This document shows positions 50,201 to 62,583 of a stretch of 64,000 bases of DNA, piece after piece. Both the position numbers and the translations under genes were made by a program. Under the pieces are notes generated by a model that was not told where the DNA came from, did no database searches, and saw nothing but the letters and a program-made list of their open reading frames with translations. How positions within the stretch are numbered: position 1 is the stretch's first letter; each line of letters starts with the position of its first letter. This stretch comes from Azolla caroliniana (lineage: Eukaryota; Plantae; Polypodiophyta): the NCBI GenBank assembly GCA_043228905.1, contig JBHGNT010000001.1:26722001-26786000 (forward strand), given 5' to 3'.

Positions 50201-51269
50201 GATTATATAAGGTTTATAAGAATAGAGAATAGAATTTGATGTTGAAAAAGAGAACCTTTAGCCAGAGCACATGCTCTTTTTGATCCAAGGCTATTCTCCT
50301 TCTCAGTCTTTCTTGAACTCACAAGGAATAGATCAACTAGCTTTTCACTAATTATTGAAGATGAGGTTAGTTTTCTACTATGTTGTTAACCTCAAATAAT
50401 CTTTTTGGGTTAGTGCTGCCTAATTTACTTTTTGGTTTGGTGATGAAAAAAGTAGCAAAATTGTCCCCATCCCTCTCATTTAAGGGGGATAAGTGTGAAA
50501 GAGGGGGTATTTAGGTCCCCAAGTGTGGAGCCTAGGCTTTGGCATGAAGTTATAGGTTTGGCATAAATTGTCTATAAGTGATGCCAACTTGTAGCAACAT
50601 CAACAACAATTGTTGCATTGATTGGGAGCAACAAATGGGCAAGACCTTTTCCATCCTCTATTGCTCTTCAACAAGCAAGACAGAAACACCCACACTTTTT
50701 AATCTTTCCCCCTTTTTTTCTTCTTCCTTGTTTTCCTCTTTTCACATGTTATCGCGTATATCACGTGTGCGTTTGCATGTGTGTTACTCAAACATGACCA
50801 CCGAGGACTTGGACCAAGGAAGACGTGATGCTAATAGAGAAGTGCTCAAGATGATAGTCGGGCAATATGCTTTTTGTCTTCCTCACATTAACCTTCGTGT
50901 GCTCCTTCCATGCCTTGTTTTCACAAAATGCCTACGTTCTTGGTTTCATGAAATCACGACCTTCATGTGCCCGCTTCATGTAATCCCGACCTTCGTGCAA
51001 AAATGACAATTGTACGTTTCTCCCCTTGATGTAATTGTTGGCCTTTGTGTAATCTTGGGCCTTGTTATAACCATGACCTTTGTGGGTCGATTGCTTTTAG
51101 CTTGTTTGTTCAGTTCACATATTTTACCAAAACCAAAATATCCTTCCATTAGTTTTTAGAAAAGTCATAACAACTGCAACATACAAAATATTTTTTCCCA
51201 ACTCATCTTTATAAGACGATGGTTTAGAAAACAAATCTATGTACTCCAAAGTAGAGGAAAAACTAATCT

Positions 51270-52050
51270 GAAAGTTATTCTATAGACACATTCCAAGCTA
51301 TTCCATTGACAACAACAAAAGTAATTGCATCCAGAGACAAGCCCTCGTAGCTCATAGATATGAACCATTTCAAAGTTTCTTCAACCTGCTCATGTTCATC
51401 ATAATTTGTAATCAATACATTCCAAGCTATTCCATAAATAGAAACAAAAGTTGTGACATCCAGAGACAAGCCCTCGCAACTCCTAGATTGGAACCATTAG
51501 AATGATTTTTTTGCATGCTATATCCACCAATGCAAATCCAATAAATCTTCCTTTACCCTAAAAACTGAATGCTACCACAAGCTTCCAAGGTAGAGAACAA
51601 TGTATTCCATGCCTCTACATCTCGGTTTTGAAGGCAATCAAATACATTTTGTGCTTCTTCAAGACAACCACATTTCATATGCTCTTCTGTAAACACAAAA
51701 AGAATGCTTCCTCTTTCCACATCAATCATCTTGCTGGTTACCACCAAATTCCTGGTTCTATACTCCCTCCATTCTCTTGAAACTACCTCGTATACATGAA
51801 GACACTGAACCATTTGTATGCTCACACAACTTCAGAGAACCATAGCATGCAAACCATTCTTCAAATTACATCATTCTACCACATCCAATCCTTGTTGTAT
51901 GATCACCAAGTAAACCACAAAAAATCTCTGTTGAACCATGATCCACCTAGCCACATATAGCATATGTCCAACAAACCTTTCCAAGCTCAATATTGTCTTT
52001 TAGCAGCCTGATACTCATGATTCCATTGCAAGTTTCTGTACCTATTAACC
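51270..52050 (-). pseudogene. Degraded PLS-class pentatricopeptide-repeat (PPR) gene fragment
   Basis: KCGCLEEAQNVFDCLQNRDVEAWNTL, GLSLDAITFV and WNVLITNYDEHEQVEETLKWF match PLS PPR motifs; multiple frameshifts. Confidence 0.7.
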
Positions 52051-52271
52051 ACTCCTATAGTGCCACCTGGTAGTAATATCCTGAAATTAGTGCATTTTTA
52101 GAAGCCATAGCCTGAACCGGAAGTCCCTCTTTCCTCATAGGTAAAGCACACAAGATGAGGGTCATATGGCGGTCTTCTAGTGTCTTCCATTACTTTGTCG
52201 CTCCACACAAAGAAGTTGCATTGTGAAACACCATCCTTCTTCAACCTGCTCCTAGTTAGCTACACCTAAAA

Positions 52272-53192
52272 TTGTCTCCACTCATCCTCCCCAGAAAAAA
52301 GAGAAAACCACTCCCCAAATTTGAAAAGTAAATGAAACATAATCTATCCTCCTTGTCACTCCCTAGAAGTGCTTCAACATCCTTTAACATCATCCATCTC
52401 TGCCCCATAATAAACATATTTTCTCATAAGGATGGCTTCCCCAAGAAAAGCCAAACCACTCTTGTAATTTCCACTTTCAATGTACACAAAGTAGCTACAT
52501 CTTGAGACAGTCTTTTATTTTCCACATTTAACCAACTTATAAATAGCAATACATAAGGCCTGGTACCAAATGTATACATCCTAATACAATACCTTTTGAC
52601 AATTTGTCTCCACTCATCCTCCCCAGAAAACTAAAAAAACCACTCCCCAACTTTGAAAAGTCATTGAAACATAATCTAGCCTCCTTGTCACTCCCTAGAA
52701 CTGCTTCAACATCCTTTAACATCATCCATCTTTGTCACAAACACAAAGCAAAAAGATTTTCCCCATAAGGATGGCTTCCCCAAGCAAAGCCAAACCACTC
52801 TTCTAATTCCACTTTCACAACGTACACAAAGTTGTTGCATCTTAATGCAGTCTTCTATCTTCCACATTCAACTTGCTCATAGTCAGCAATACATAACCTG
52901 CTATCAAATGTATACATCTTAGTATAATACCTTTTGACAGTTTGTCTCCACTCATCCTCCCCAGAAAAATGAGAAAACCATTCCCCAAATTTGAAAAGTA
53001 CTTGAAACATAATCTAGCCTCTCTATCACTCCGTAGGATTGCTTCAACATCCTTTTACATCATCCATCTTTGTCACAAGCAAGAAGATTTTCCCAAGAGG
53101 ATGGCTTCCTCAAGCAAAGCCAAACCAGTCTTCTATTTTCTACTTTCAACTAGAACTGCTTCAACATCCTGTAACATCATCCGTCTTTGTCA
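52272..53192. repeat. Tandem array of an approximately 335-bp unit (about 2.6 copies plus a partial)
   Basis: TTGTCTCCACTCATCCTCCCCAGAAAA begins at 52272, 52604 and 52942; a partial copy lies at about 53150-53192. Confidence 0.85.
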
Positions 53193-53291
53193 TTGTCATT
53201 GTCATTGTTCAGTTCACATATTATCATGTCGGGTTGTGGGGTCCCCTTATGCTTTGGGCATGCAAACGGATCCTTATACCAAATCTCATGT

Positions 53292-53293
<2 letters not shown>

Positions 53294-53343
<50 letters not shown>
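53294..53343. repeat. (CT)n microsatellite
   Basis: Direct reading. Confidence 0.95.
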
Positions 53344-53347
<4 letters not shown>

Positions 53348-55085
53348 TTACAACTATAACACAACAAAAATGAGAGAAGATACGGGGTAACAAATTCCAA
53401 TTATAATGAATATTGGATCGGAGACAAATGTCTAGACTTCTATTCCAACATATTAATACTCGATTACAACGAGAAATTGTTTTCAACATATATCAATTAA
53501 TATACAGTGAGAATATATGTGAATTAAGGGGAAGATCTTTGAGTTGTGGCTCGAAATTTGATTAACAACTGATCGCCTTTTGCCAATGTGGCTCTCCACA
53601 CATCAATGTTGATCTCCTGCTCTCTTGTTGGCTCTTACAAGTTACTATGCCTCGACACCTCTCTAAAGAACAAGAATAAAAACCCTCAAACCTCTCTAAA
53701 GAAGAAGAACAAAACCCTGCAAACCTCTGTCAAAAAATAGAATAGTGTGAGAATAACAATGAAGCTTAATAATAGATAAGAACCCCAACAACAATGTAGA
53801 ATAGAAAAAGAAGAAGAGGAAGAAAAAGGAAAGGAATCTGTGACCCTCAAGTCACCTCATGCAAGAAGAATAAAGAGCAGTCCCAAACCTTACAATTTTC
53901 TTATTAAGAAAAAGAAGAAAGGGAAACCTCAACTGAATAAACTCTTCATGAAGGAATGAGAGAATGAGTTCCTAACAATAAACCCTCTCCAAGAAAAATG
54001 GAAGCCAAATAAGATGAAGAAAGTCCTAAAAACCCAAAAGGAGTAGAAGAAGAAGAGGACATCCCAAACACTATAACTCTCATTCTTTCCTTCTCTTCCC
54101 ATCGCAACACAAAGACCCCAAAGAAGAAAATGAACCAAGCCCCCTTTCTTGGCCTCCAAGTTCTCATAGTGGACTTGACTCCTCTCTGTTTTTTGAGAAG
54201 TCGTATTGAACAAGAATTTTGAGAAGCATTTTCAACATTTGAGTTTATATTTCTACATTGTCAACCCTAGGCTACACCTAACAAAAATTTGTTTGTCAAC
54301 CACAATGTATTCTCAATGATAACATTTATTTGTAAAACTCTTAACCATCGGGAGCCATTTACCAACTCCACAAACATTGTGTGCAATGTTTCACTTTGTT
54401 CCTATAAGTGTACCTCCAAGCATAAAATCATTCACTATCTTTGCTTTCTCAGAGTTTGCCAAATAAGGACTCACTAAACATTTAATGATATTTTTTATTC
54501 TTCAAGCCATGTTTTCTAATGTACAAATCGAATCCAATTCTCTACTTTGAATTATCGTGCTTGATGTTTCATGAAGCACATGACATTCTTTATGTTGTAT
54601 TTCAACGAAAGGTAAGATATTCATGTTCTTTCTTTTAGTAAAAGGAGATGGTTGTGGAGAAATTATGCCCTATAACATAGCATAATTTTCAACTTGTCAA
54701 GTTAGTTTGTTTAATTTCATTTGTTGTCCTATGTTACAAATCCTTTTTCTTTTGTTGCGACAACTATGTCTTGCAAACACACCTACAAACAAGAAGAGCT
54801 CTTCATTGGTTACTTCTCCAATTAAAAACGAGGAAAATGTTGAGCCTATCACATGTACTTGAAGTAATAAAACCTTTAAATCTCCAATGGTGGATAGGAA
54901 AGCTCAAATTGAGATGAAACAAACATGCATATGCTTGTACACACATGCATGTCCTAATGTTGCTATAATGTTAATAATCTTTACTTAACCAATGTTAATA
55001 GTAATTACAAAGTTAGGCAAACCTTATTAAGATATATTGAACTCCATAATTTGCCAATTTAGTATGACTCTTGCATTGTTGTTGC

Positions 55086-55087
<2 letters not shown>

Positions 55088-55120
<33 letters not shown>
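55088..55120. repeat. (TG)n microsatellite
   Basis: Direct reading. Confidence 0.9.
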
Positions 55121-55123
<3 letters not shown>

Positions 55124-57745
55124 ACCATTCATTGTAAAACAATTTCTAAATTGTTTCTTTTCTTTGAACTTTTCATGTAAGTTGGGGCATTTACCTATAT
55201 CCCATATATTGCTTTTGCAAGTTTACTTGCCTATGCATGGATAAGTTTTGATTTTTAAGGGTACGCCTGTGATTCATCCATCCATTACATTTTGTTCACA
55301 TAGTATCACAACTCTAGTCTCATGGAATGGGCTTCATTTACTAAAACTTCTCACAATTTTAGTTTGAGATCATGTGTAGCGGTTTGCTCCTAAAAACATG
55401 GTTGTAACCTGTACATGACACATTTCCTACAATCCAAAGACCCCATATATTTACCCATTTGAGAAAACTTATATAACCTCATGACTTTTTATGTTTAAGA
55501 ATAAAGCTATATATTATATAACATGAACCATATGCACTATTTTGGATATTTGTAACTTGTTACTTTCCTTACAATTGATGTTGAGGCCAATCTAAGCAAA
55601 AGCATAAACGCTACAAGTTTCTTATAAACATGAGCAAACAACTTCAAACATTTGACATAATTGTCAAGGTGACAATGAAAAAGAAACTGCATATTTGTTC
55701 CATAATGATTGAGCAATAAATCAAGTAGAGCAACCATAATGTCAAATGACATAGGGACTAACATCATTTTATTTCTACATGCATGTCCTTGCATACCAAA
55801 GCTCCTTTTTCATGGTATACCATCTTTCTCATTGCCTCTAAATTTTACTATTCCCTAGCTCTTTATAGTCCACATGTTTTACCTTTAAGTACAAAAGCCT
55901 AAATTGTCTCCTTATCTTCGTTTATAAATATGTACTTTAAATTATTGCAATACATAGTTTTTAAGAATAAATTGTTCATAACATCCAATTGTTTGACAAA
56001 AGCTCCTCTTTATGAAATTGTAAGATTTAAAGTTTAAAGTAGAAATGCTCTATGGCATCCCAATTGTTGGATAAATCTATGAAATACATTGATAGAGATG
56101 TTTGTTGTCCTTTCTCACGTCACTTTTTGTGAATTATAATTATGTGCTTTGTATGGATTTCAGCTCCTTGGGTTGCAATCCTTGAAACCTAAAAGTTGTC
56201 TTCTTGACTTGGCACTAACACGTTATGTCTTGTACCCTTCCTTCTAACAAATGGAGTGTCTTTACTGAAAACAATTGACAAAAGCATTCTATTTACGTGT
56301 AATATAACAACGTTTATTCCTCTCCCCCAAACTTGTATGATACACAAACATTGAAACCTTCAACAACCATTGTCTTGTCAAATATGTATACGTCCTTTAC
56401 AAGGCTCACCAATATCTTTTTGGAAACAAGGAAACTTGAAACACGATAGTGAACAAATAACTTCATATAATATGCCTATAATCTACCTTCTTGTCATGGG
56501 AAATGGTATAAAAAATCAATTAGTTTGAATTATTTTGAATTTCAAAAGGTAGATTATAGTTAACAATTTATTCCTTAATCAAGAATAGAAGGTGGTTTCT
56601 TAAGGATTCAACAAATTATGCATGTTTGGACCACGAGTTTCGAGCTACACCATTAATGCGTGCTACCCCTTGTACATCAAGGAATATTTCCACCACAATT
56701 CTTTCACAACCTCTAAGGAAGCATGTCATGCATCACAAGTCAAGGTCTTGCGACACCTATACTTATATAGTTGTTGCATGTAAGCCTTGTGATGATATTT
56801 TGTGTTATCTACTTTTTAGGAATGTACATGCATTTGTTGTTGTGTATTCATCTGATGTTTGTTAAACCAATGGTCGAAGAGTATTGAGTGCCCAACTTGA
56901 AAACAACAATAGAAATAACTAATACCACTTTATTATTTAAATAGTTATTTCATCGTTTGTGATTTTATTTTATACAATTTAATCATCCTTTAATTTGAAC
57001 GAACCTACCCACCTCCCATTTCCAACTCTCGCTTTCTTTACTTTTAAATTCCTTTTGGTTGTCAAGTCCTTGTTTAAACCGTAGATCAAATCAATTCAAT
57101 TTTTGCACGATAATGAAATGCATGCTTATGAGGGCAATCAACATAAGAATAGTAAACAAATCAACACATAGTTGAAGTCGTGATACACTTTTTTCACAAA
57201 TTGCAAGCAAGGTATGTCCTACTTGTAGTCATTTCATAGTGCATGTTACAAATTGCAATGTGTATCACTAAAGGAACCTTTCTCAAACATTGGATCATGT
57301 TTGGGATGACTCAACGTGGGAAGCATGATGTGACAGTGTAATTGAAGCTTTAATACGCAAATAATGAGACGTGCAATATTAAATTGACAAGGTCAAACCC
57401 CAAAGTACTTTACTAATAAGATTCACTTGCACGCTCATATGTGTGCGGCGTGCCCACACACACAAATCTCACATGTGTTCAAATAATTGATAGATCGGCA
57501 AATAGTTTGTGGCTCTTGCTTGTTCAAACTCAAAAAAGTGGAGCTTGTAGTTTATCCCACAAAAATGTTTTATGTTTTGTCTCACAAATAATCCTTAGTT
57601 AAGGAACTACATCAAGTAAATGATGATAAAATCTATTCAATCTTCAAACACATGATACAATTTTCTCACATTGGATACGTGTTGGACATCACAATCTTCA
57701 AAACTCAAGTGATCACACTTACACTCTCGCAGAAGAACTCAATGT

Positions 57746-57844
57746 CCTCCTATTGTGTCAACATTAAAGCTCAATAATTTGATCTTCCAACCCTCCTCCT
57801 ATTGTGTCAACATTAAAGCTCAATAATTTGATCTTCCAACCCTC
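57746..57844. repeat. Perfect tandem duplication of about 49 bp
   Basis: CCTCCTATTGTGTCAACATTAAAGCTCAATAATTTGATCTTCCAACC appears twice. Confidence 0.9.
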
Positions 57845-58508
57845 ATGTTGCAAAAATGTAAGCGCAAAGTAGGAATAATGATGTTTAAATTTCCAATCTG
57901 ATTGAGTCCATGACGCAAGATTATCATAGATTTAAGTTCTTGATAGCTATATCATAGGGAAATTCTAAACTAAAATTCTAGTCCCCCTCGATAAAAAAGG
58001 GAAGATGCCAAGAACAAGAAGGATCATAACACCTCATTATGAAGCCATCAATCTCAAGATTATCCAAAACATTTTGCATAATCATCATCCCAAACCCATG
58101 AAAAACATAGATCAACCCATATTTATAAAATATGAATTGAGCATGAAGATGGTCAATGTCCTAAGCCCCATGACGATGATGATTTGCTCAAAATTGAAGG
58201 TACGATAAAACATGTGAATATATAGGAACAAGTGCCAAAGATGCGTGTTTTGTGCTGCCAAATACATGGACAATAGGAGAGACAGTAACACAGATTATTA
58301 AGAATGTTTACATTTGTAGAAGGTTATATAAACTCTTCTCATCATTTATGGCTTATATAAACTCTTCTCATCATTTAGGCAAACTCGTTAGTAGATTGTC
58401 ACTACTAGCCTTCGTTTCTAGGTGTGTGTGGATGTACAAGGATGGCTTCTAATTTTCTTACAAGAGCTTTAAATTCCGAGTTGCACTTCTTGTTGCGTTC
58501 ATATAATA

Positions 58509-61262
58509 CTATGCTTGTATAGTTTCTAGGAGAGGGAAATCATCCACTTTTTGGTGGATAAACTCTTTGTTTTCAGGATTTGGTTGGATGAGAGAGAGGT
58601 TTGAGAGGGAGAGGAATGGTGGAGTATTGCAATCATTATCGGATGCATTTGGACTACGGTCATTCAACCAACTTATAATGTCTCTAAAAACATTGTCAAT
58701 GTTATCCTCCGGCTCCCCAAAAAGAAGGCCATGCCACATGCCGGGGTACATAATTAATGTCTTGTCGAAGCTCCTCGCGTCTCTATGTAATCCCTTGCTT
58801 ACTGCGGGATCTGTCACCACATCTGCTTCCCCATGCAACACCAAGAAGGGCAAAGTTACCTACATGTCAATATCCACACAAGAGCTATAATATTATTAAT
58901 TGTGCCTATTATTAATACATAGATATGCAAGTAGAAATGAATTAAATATAGTCAATAAATGCTCCTCTTCTATTATCACCTCGTCTAATCTTTGCTCCAA
59001 GTCCAAGCTAGCATTTAGTAACTCGAGTCCTGTTTTCAACCGTGGCTTATCTAGGTAGCTATAAGGGTTCGACCTCATCTAAAGCGAAAATATACCCAAA
59101 AAACTATGATGTGAATACCAACAAATTCCTCAAACACAAAAGTATATATGTTATATTCAAAATACACAACTTTCATCAAAGATAATAATGTATTACCTCT
59201 TTTCTTTTCAAGGGATCTTTGAAGCCCGTCTCAATGATATCTTGAGTTGGAACTATTTTCCATGTGGGGATTACATTCGCAAGCTTGGAGAGGATGGAAA
59301 TAGTGACAGGCGAGGGTTTCATCTCTTCTGATATCTAAAACAAAAATATGATAGGCGAGATTTAGCTACAATATCAAGAAAAAGTATTGACCAATGAATT
59401 TGGATTGCCTTTCTAGCATTTTAGTAAACTTGGGGCATATTAGTGGTGCACCATACAGCAATATCTAGTCCAAATAACTTACCTTGCACATTGGTGCCAC
59501 TAATATAGCACCATTCCAATCACTCGGTTGTTTCCTATGCACCCTAAGGGCCACGACACCCCCCATCGATTCACCGAGTAGGAAACGGGCCTTATCTTTG
59601 TACTCTTCTTTGCCTATCGAGGTCATCAAAGCATTATAGTATATATTAATTGGACCATGAGCTCTAATATTATTTACTTCCAACCAAACAAGAATCAAGA
59701 CAATATCCCATTAAAATGAAGCATAAGACTATATAATATATATATATATATATATATCCCTTGACTAAACCCAATATTTACCTCGGATTGTTGTGAAGAA
59801 TTCGATGCAATCGTCGACAACATGGTTGAAATCTCGAATGTAGCACCTCTTACCCTCAGATTTGCCATGGCCTTCATAATCTATACCAAAGACGGCGAAG
59901 CCCGCCTCTGCGAGACGTAGGCCAGTGCCTCGCATAAACAAGCTACATTCCACGCCATATCCTGTGACCAAAACAGGAGGGCTTCTCAACCTACCGTTTT
60001 TAAGTAACAAATGCCGGGGGGAGGAGCAAGCATCGGAAGCTTTTTTTGTTACTAGAGATTGAATTAATACTAGATATGACTTTTTTTTGTTACTAGGAAT
60101 TTTGCTAATACTAAGTATGGAAGTTTTTTTGTTAATAGAGATTGAATTAACACTTAAGAGGTACAAAAGTTTTTTTGTTACTACAGATTTGAATTAATAC
60201 TAGGTTATGGAAGTATGTTAAAGATGTTACTAGAGATTGAATTAATACATACTAGGAATGGAAGTATGTTATAGATGTTACTAGAGATTGAATTAATATT
60301 AGTTATGGAAGTATGTTAAAGATTGAACACTTGCTTATGATCTATTGGTTCTGGTGCATGAGAATGAATAGAAAATTTGGATGATTAATTACCATGGCAT
60401 AGGAAAACTAGGGCTTTGATTCTTTTGCTTGATGGCAACCACCGACATGTGAACATCTTTATGCCTCGAGAGTTCAATATAAACTCCTGAACAAGTTTCC
60501 AAAACCGATTGAAATTAAGTTTCTTTTAAGTAAATGACAGGATCTATTATAGGTTTAATTACATAAAGCATCTACCCCAATGTCCTCTCAATCAAATAAT
60601 ATTCATCAGGATCTATTATCGGTGAAACCTATAAGTTTCGGTGGCGAAACCCATCCGATTCATGTATTGATGCCTCATCAATACCATTCTAAAAACAATT
60701 GAATCCATACAGTTCATATAACAACTAGTACTAGGAGTGAGTTTCCATGCTATGAAATTAGACCCAGAATTCCCCCAAACAAAACCCAATTGGATTTCCC
60801 AGTACTCACATAATTCTAAGCACTGTAAATGCTTTAAAAAAAACCAAGGAAAAAATTCTAGCATGAAAAAGGAAGGGATTCAGTAACACCAGAATTGATA
60901 CTGTGTATTTGATAACACAGCAATCACTCGATGGATCAATCAAAGAAATTGAATTAGAAGTAAAAAATAAAATAAAATAAACCATTCAATGACAAGATAA
61001 TTGATATACTGCGAATTTGGTAAAGGCCCCAGCAACCGATCAATCAAAGAATTCGAATTAGAAGATTCAACGAAAACCCATTCAAATAACAAGAATAATT
61101 GATACACTGGCAATTTTAATGAACGCACTAGCAATAAATCGAACAAATCGAATTTTCCAATAGATAGAAAGAAGGCGAACGCGGAATTGAGAGATGCAGA
61201 GGGGAGAAAAGGATTTAAAGAGGATTTAAGAAGGATACCTCTTCATAGATGGCGCTCTCCAT
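58509..61262 (-). CDS. Alpha/beta hydrolase, monoacylglycerol lipase (MAGL) / caffeoyl shikimate esterase-like family, about 338 aa. Exons: 61262-61239, 60486-60393, 59961-59782, 59613-59483, 59334-59197, 59078-58980, 58859-58509
   Basis: YEEEFILNSRGIKMFTCRW; CHGYG; GIDYEGHGKSEG; nucleophile motif GESMGG; LVAPMC; LVLHGEADVVTDP; YPGMWHGL. All introns are GT..AG and phases are consistent. Confidence 0.93.
60040..60330. repeat. Intronic minisatellite, about 40-60 bp degenerate unit (GTTACTAGAGATTGAATTAATAC...)
   Basis: About 6 imperfect copies in MAGL intron 2. Confidence 0.8.
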
Positions 61263-61475
61263 CAGGAAATTTTGAGAAAAAGGGGGCGAAGTAGGAGTGA
61301 TGGAGTGAATTGGGGGGATCGAATAAGTATTATGCAGACGCAGAGACAGAGACAGAGAGGGAGAGGGATTAGCAGAGGGATTAGCAGAAGGGGAATTAAG
61401 AGCAGATGAAGGGAAAGAAAGAACTAAGAATAGAAACAGGGGAGGCACAGAGAGAGTGGAGAATCAAATCCTATA

Positions 61476-61507
<32 letters not shown>

Positions 61508-61937
61508 TCTTATAACCGACAAAAAAAAGAAACAAATTGTAGAACCAAAAAGAAAAAGAAAAAGAAAAAACAGAACAAAAAAAAAAAAAAAAAAAAACCT
61601 TTAGAAGATCAACTCTGTTTTTTTCTCTTAATTATTCAATCATTTCTATTCATACAATTCTTTTTCTCCTTCTTCTGCTAATCTCTCTCTCTCTCTCTCT
61701 CTGTCTCTGTCTCTGTTTTTAATTGTTCAAAGTCAACAAAGAAGGGCTTTATTTAGCACCTCTCTAATGATAAATAAATAAAAACAACATTAACAATGAT
61801 AACTTCATTTACAAAGTCTTTTCTCACTTCCACATACACACACACACAAACAACCCCAAGTCAGAGACGGAGACTTGTCAAGACTTGTTCTCTCGGCCAG
61901 CCGACATCCATGTCCATCTCTCTCTCTCTCTCTTTGG

Positions 61938-62583
61938 CGAAAACACACAATTATATTAACAAATGTGTGTGAAAAACACTACTTACAATGGGTGTGACAA
62001 TGGATTATGGTCTCCCACTAACTACACTACATGGGTAGTGGAACATGTTGAATTGCCAATAGGCAAGATGAACACTCCACCGAGGGAAGAATTTCCACTT
62101 GCTCTAATAAAGAAAATTGCCACATTAGTACTCCCTTCAGCTTTCGTAGATTATGCTTTCACTCCATGCCTACCATCGAATACAAATGCGTTGTGCATAT
62201 TCCAGTTATGATGCAATCCCCAATATCTCAGAAATAGAAAAACGATCTCCATCTCTGATTTTTGGGTAGGTCAACCTGTGTAAATTGTGCAAACACCCAC
62301 TGTCTAGGTGTCAAATAACACCGTGATAAAACTTGCCAAATTTGAGAAATGTAACTCCAAATCTGACAAACAATCGAACATTGTATAAATCGATGAGTAC
62401 TATCTTCCATTTGAACAGTGCAAAAGAAACAACTACCCATTGCTAATCCATGACGCTTTAGAGCTAATCCCAAAGGCAATCCTCCAATCCAAACTCTCCA
62501 AATGAAGATATTTGCTACAAGTGACAATTTAGAATGCCAACTACGTTGTAAGACCTGCCACCACCCATGATCAGATTTGTGTA
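61938..62583 (-). mobile_element. 5'-truncated copy of the (CT)nTTTG-flanked L1 family
   Basis: Co-linear with 5391-6020; flanked by AT(CT)nTTTGG on both sides (61916-61937 and 62584-62597); encodes the zf-RVT C-terminus. Confidence 0.92.

Noticed and set aside
50578-51006. 142-aa ORF
   Set aside because: It starts at GTG, has no motifs or splice context, and is probably non-coding repeat-derived DNA.
60040-60330. Repeat-spacer-like pattern in MAGL intron 2
   Set aside because: It is a degenerate minisatellite; the apparent spacers are themselves related to each other.
61239-61262. 24-nt first coding exon of MAGL as a novelty
   Set aside because: A short first coding exon ending in YEE| is ordinary for this family, from memory.
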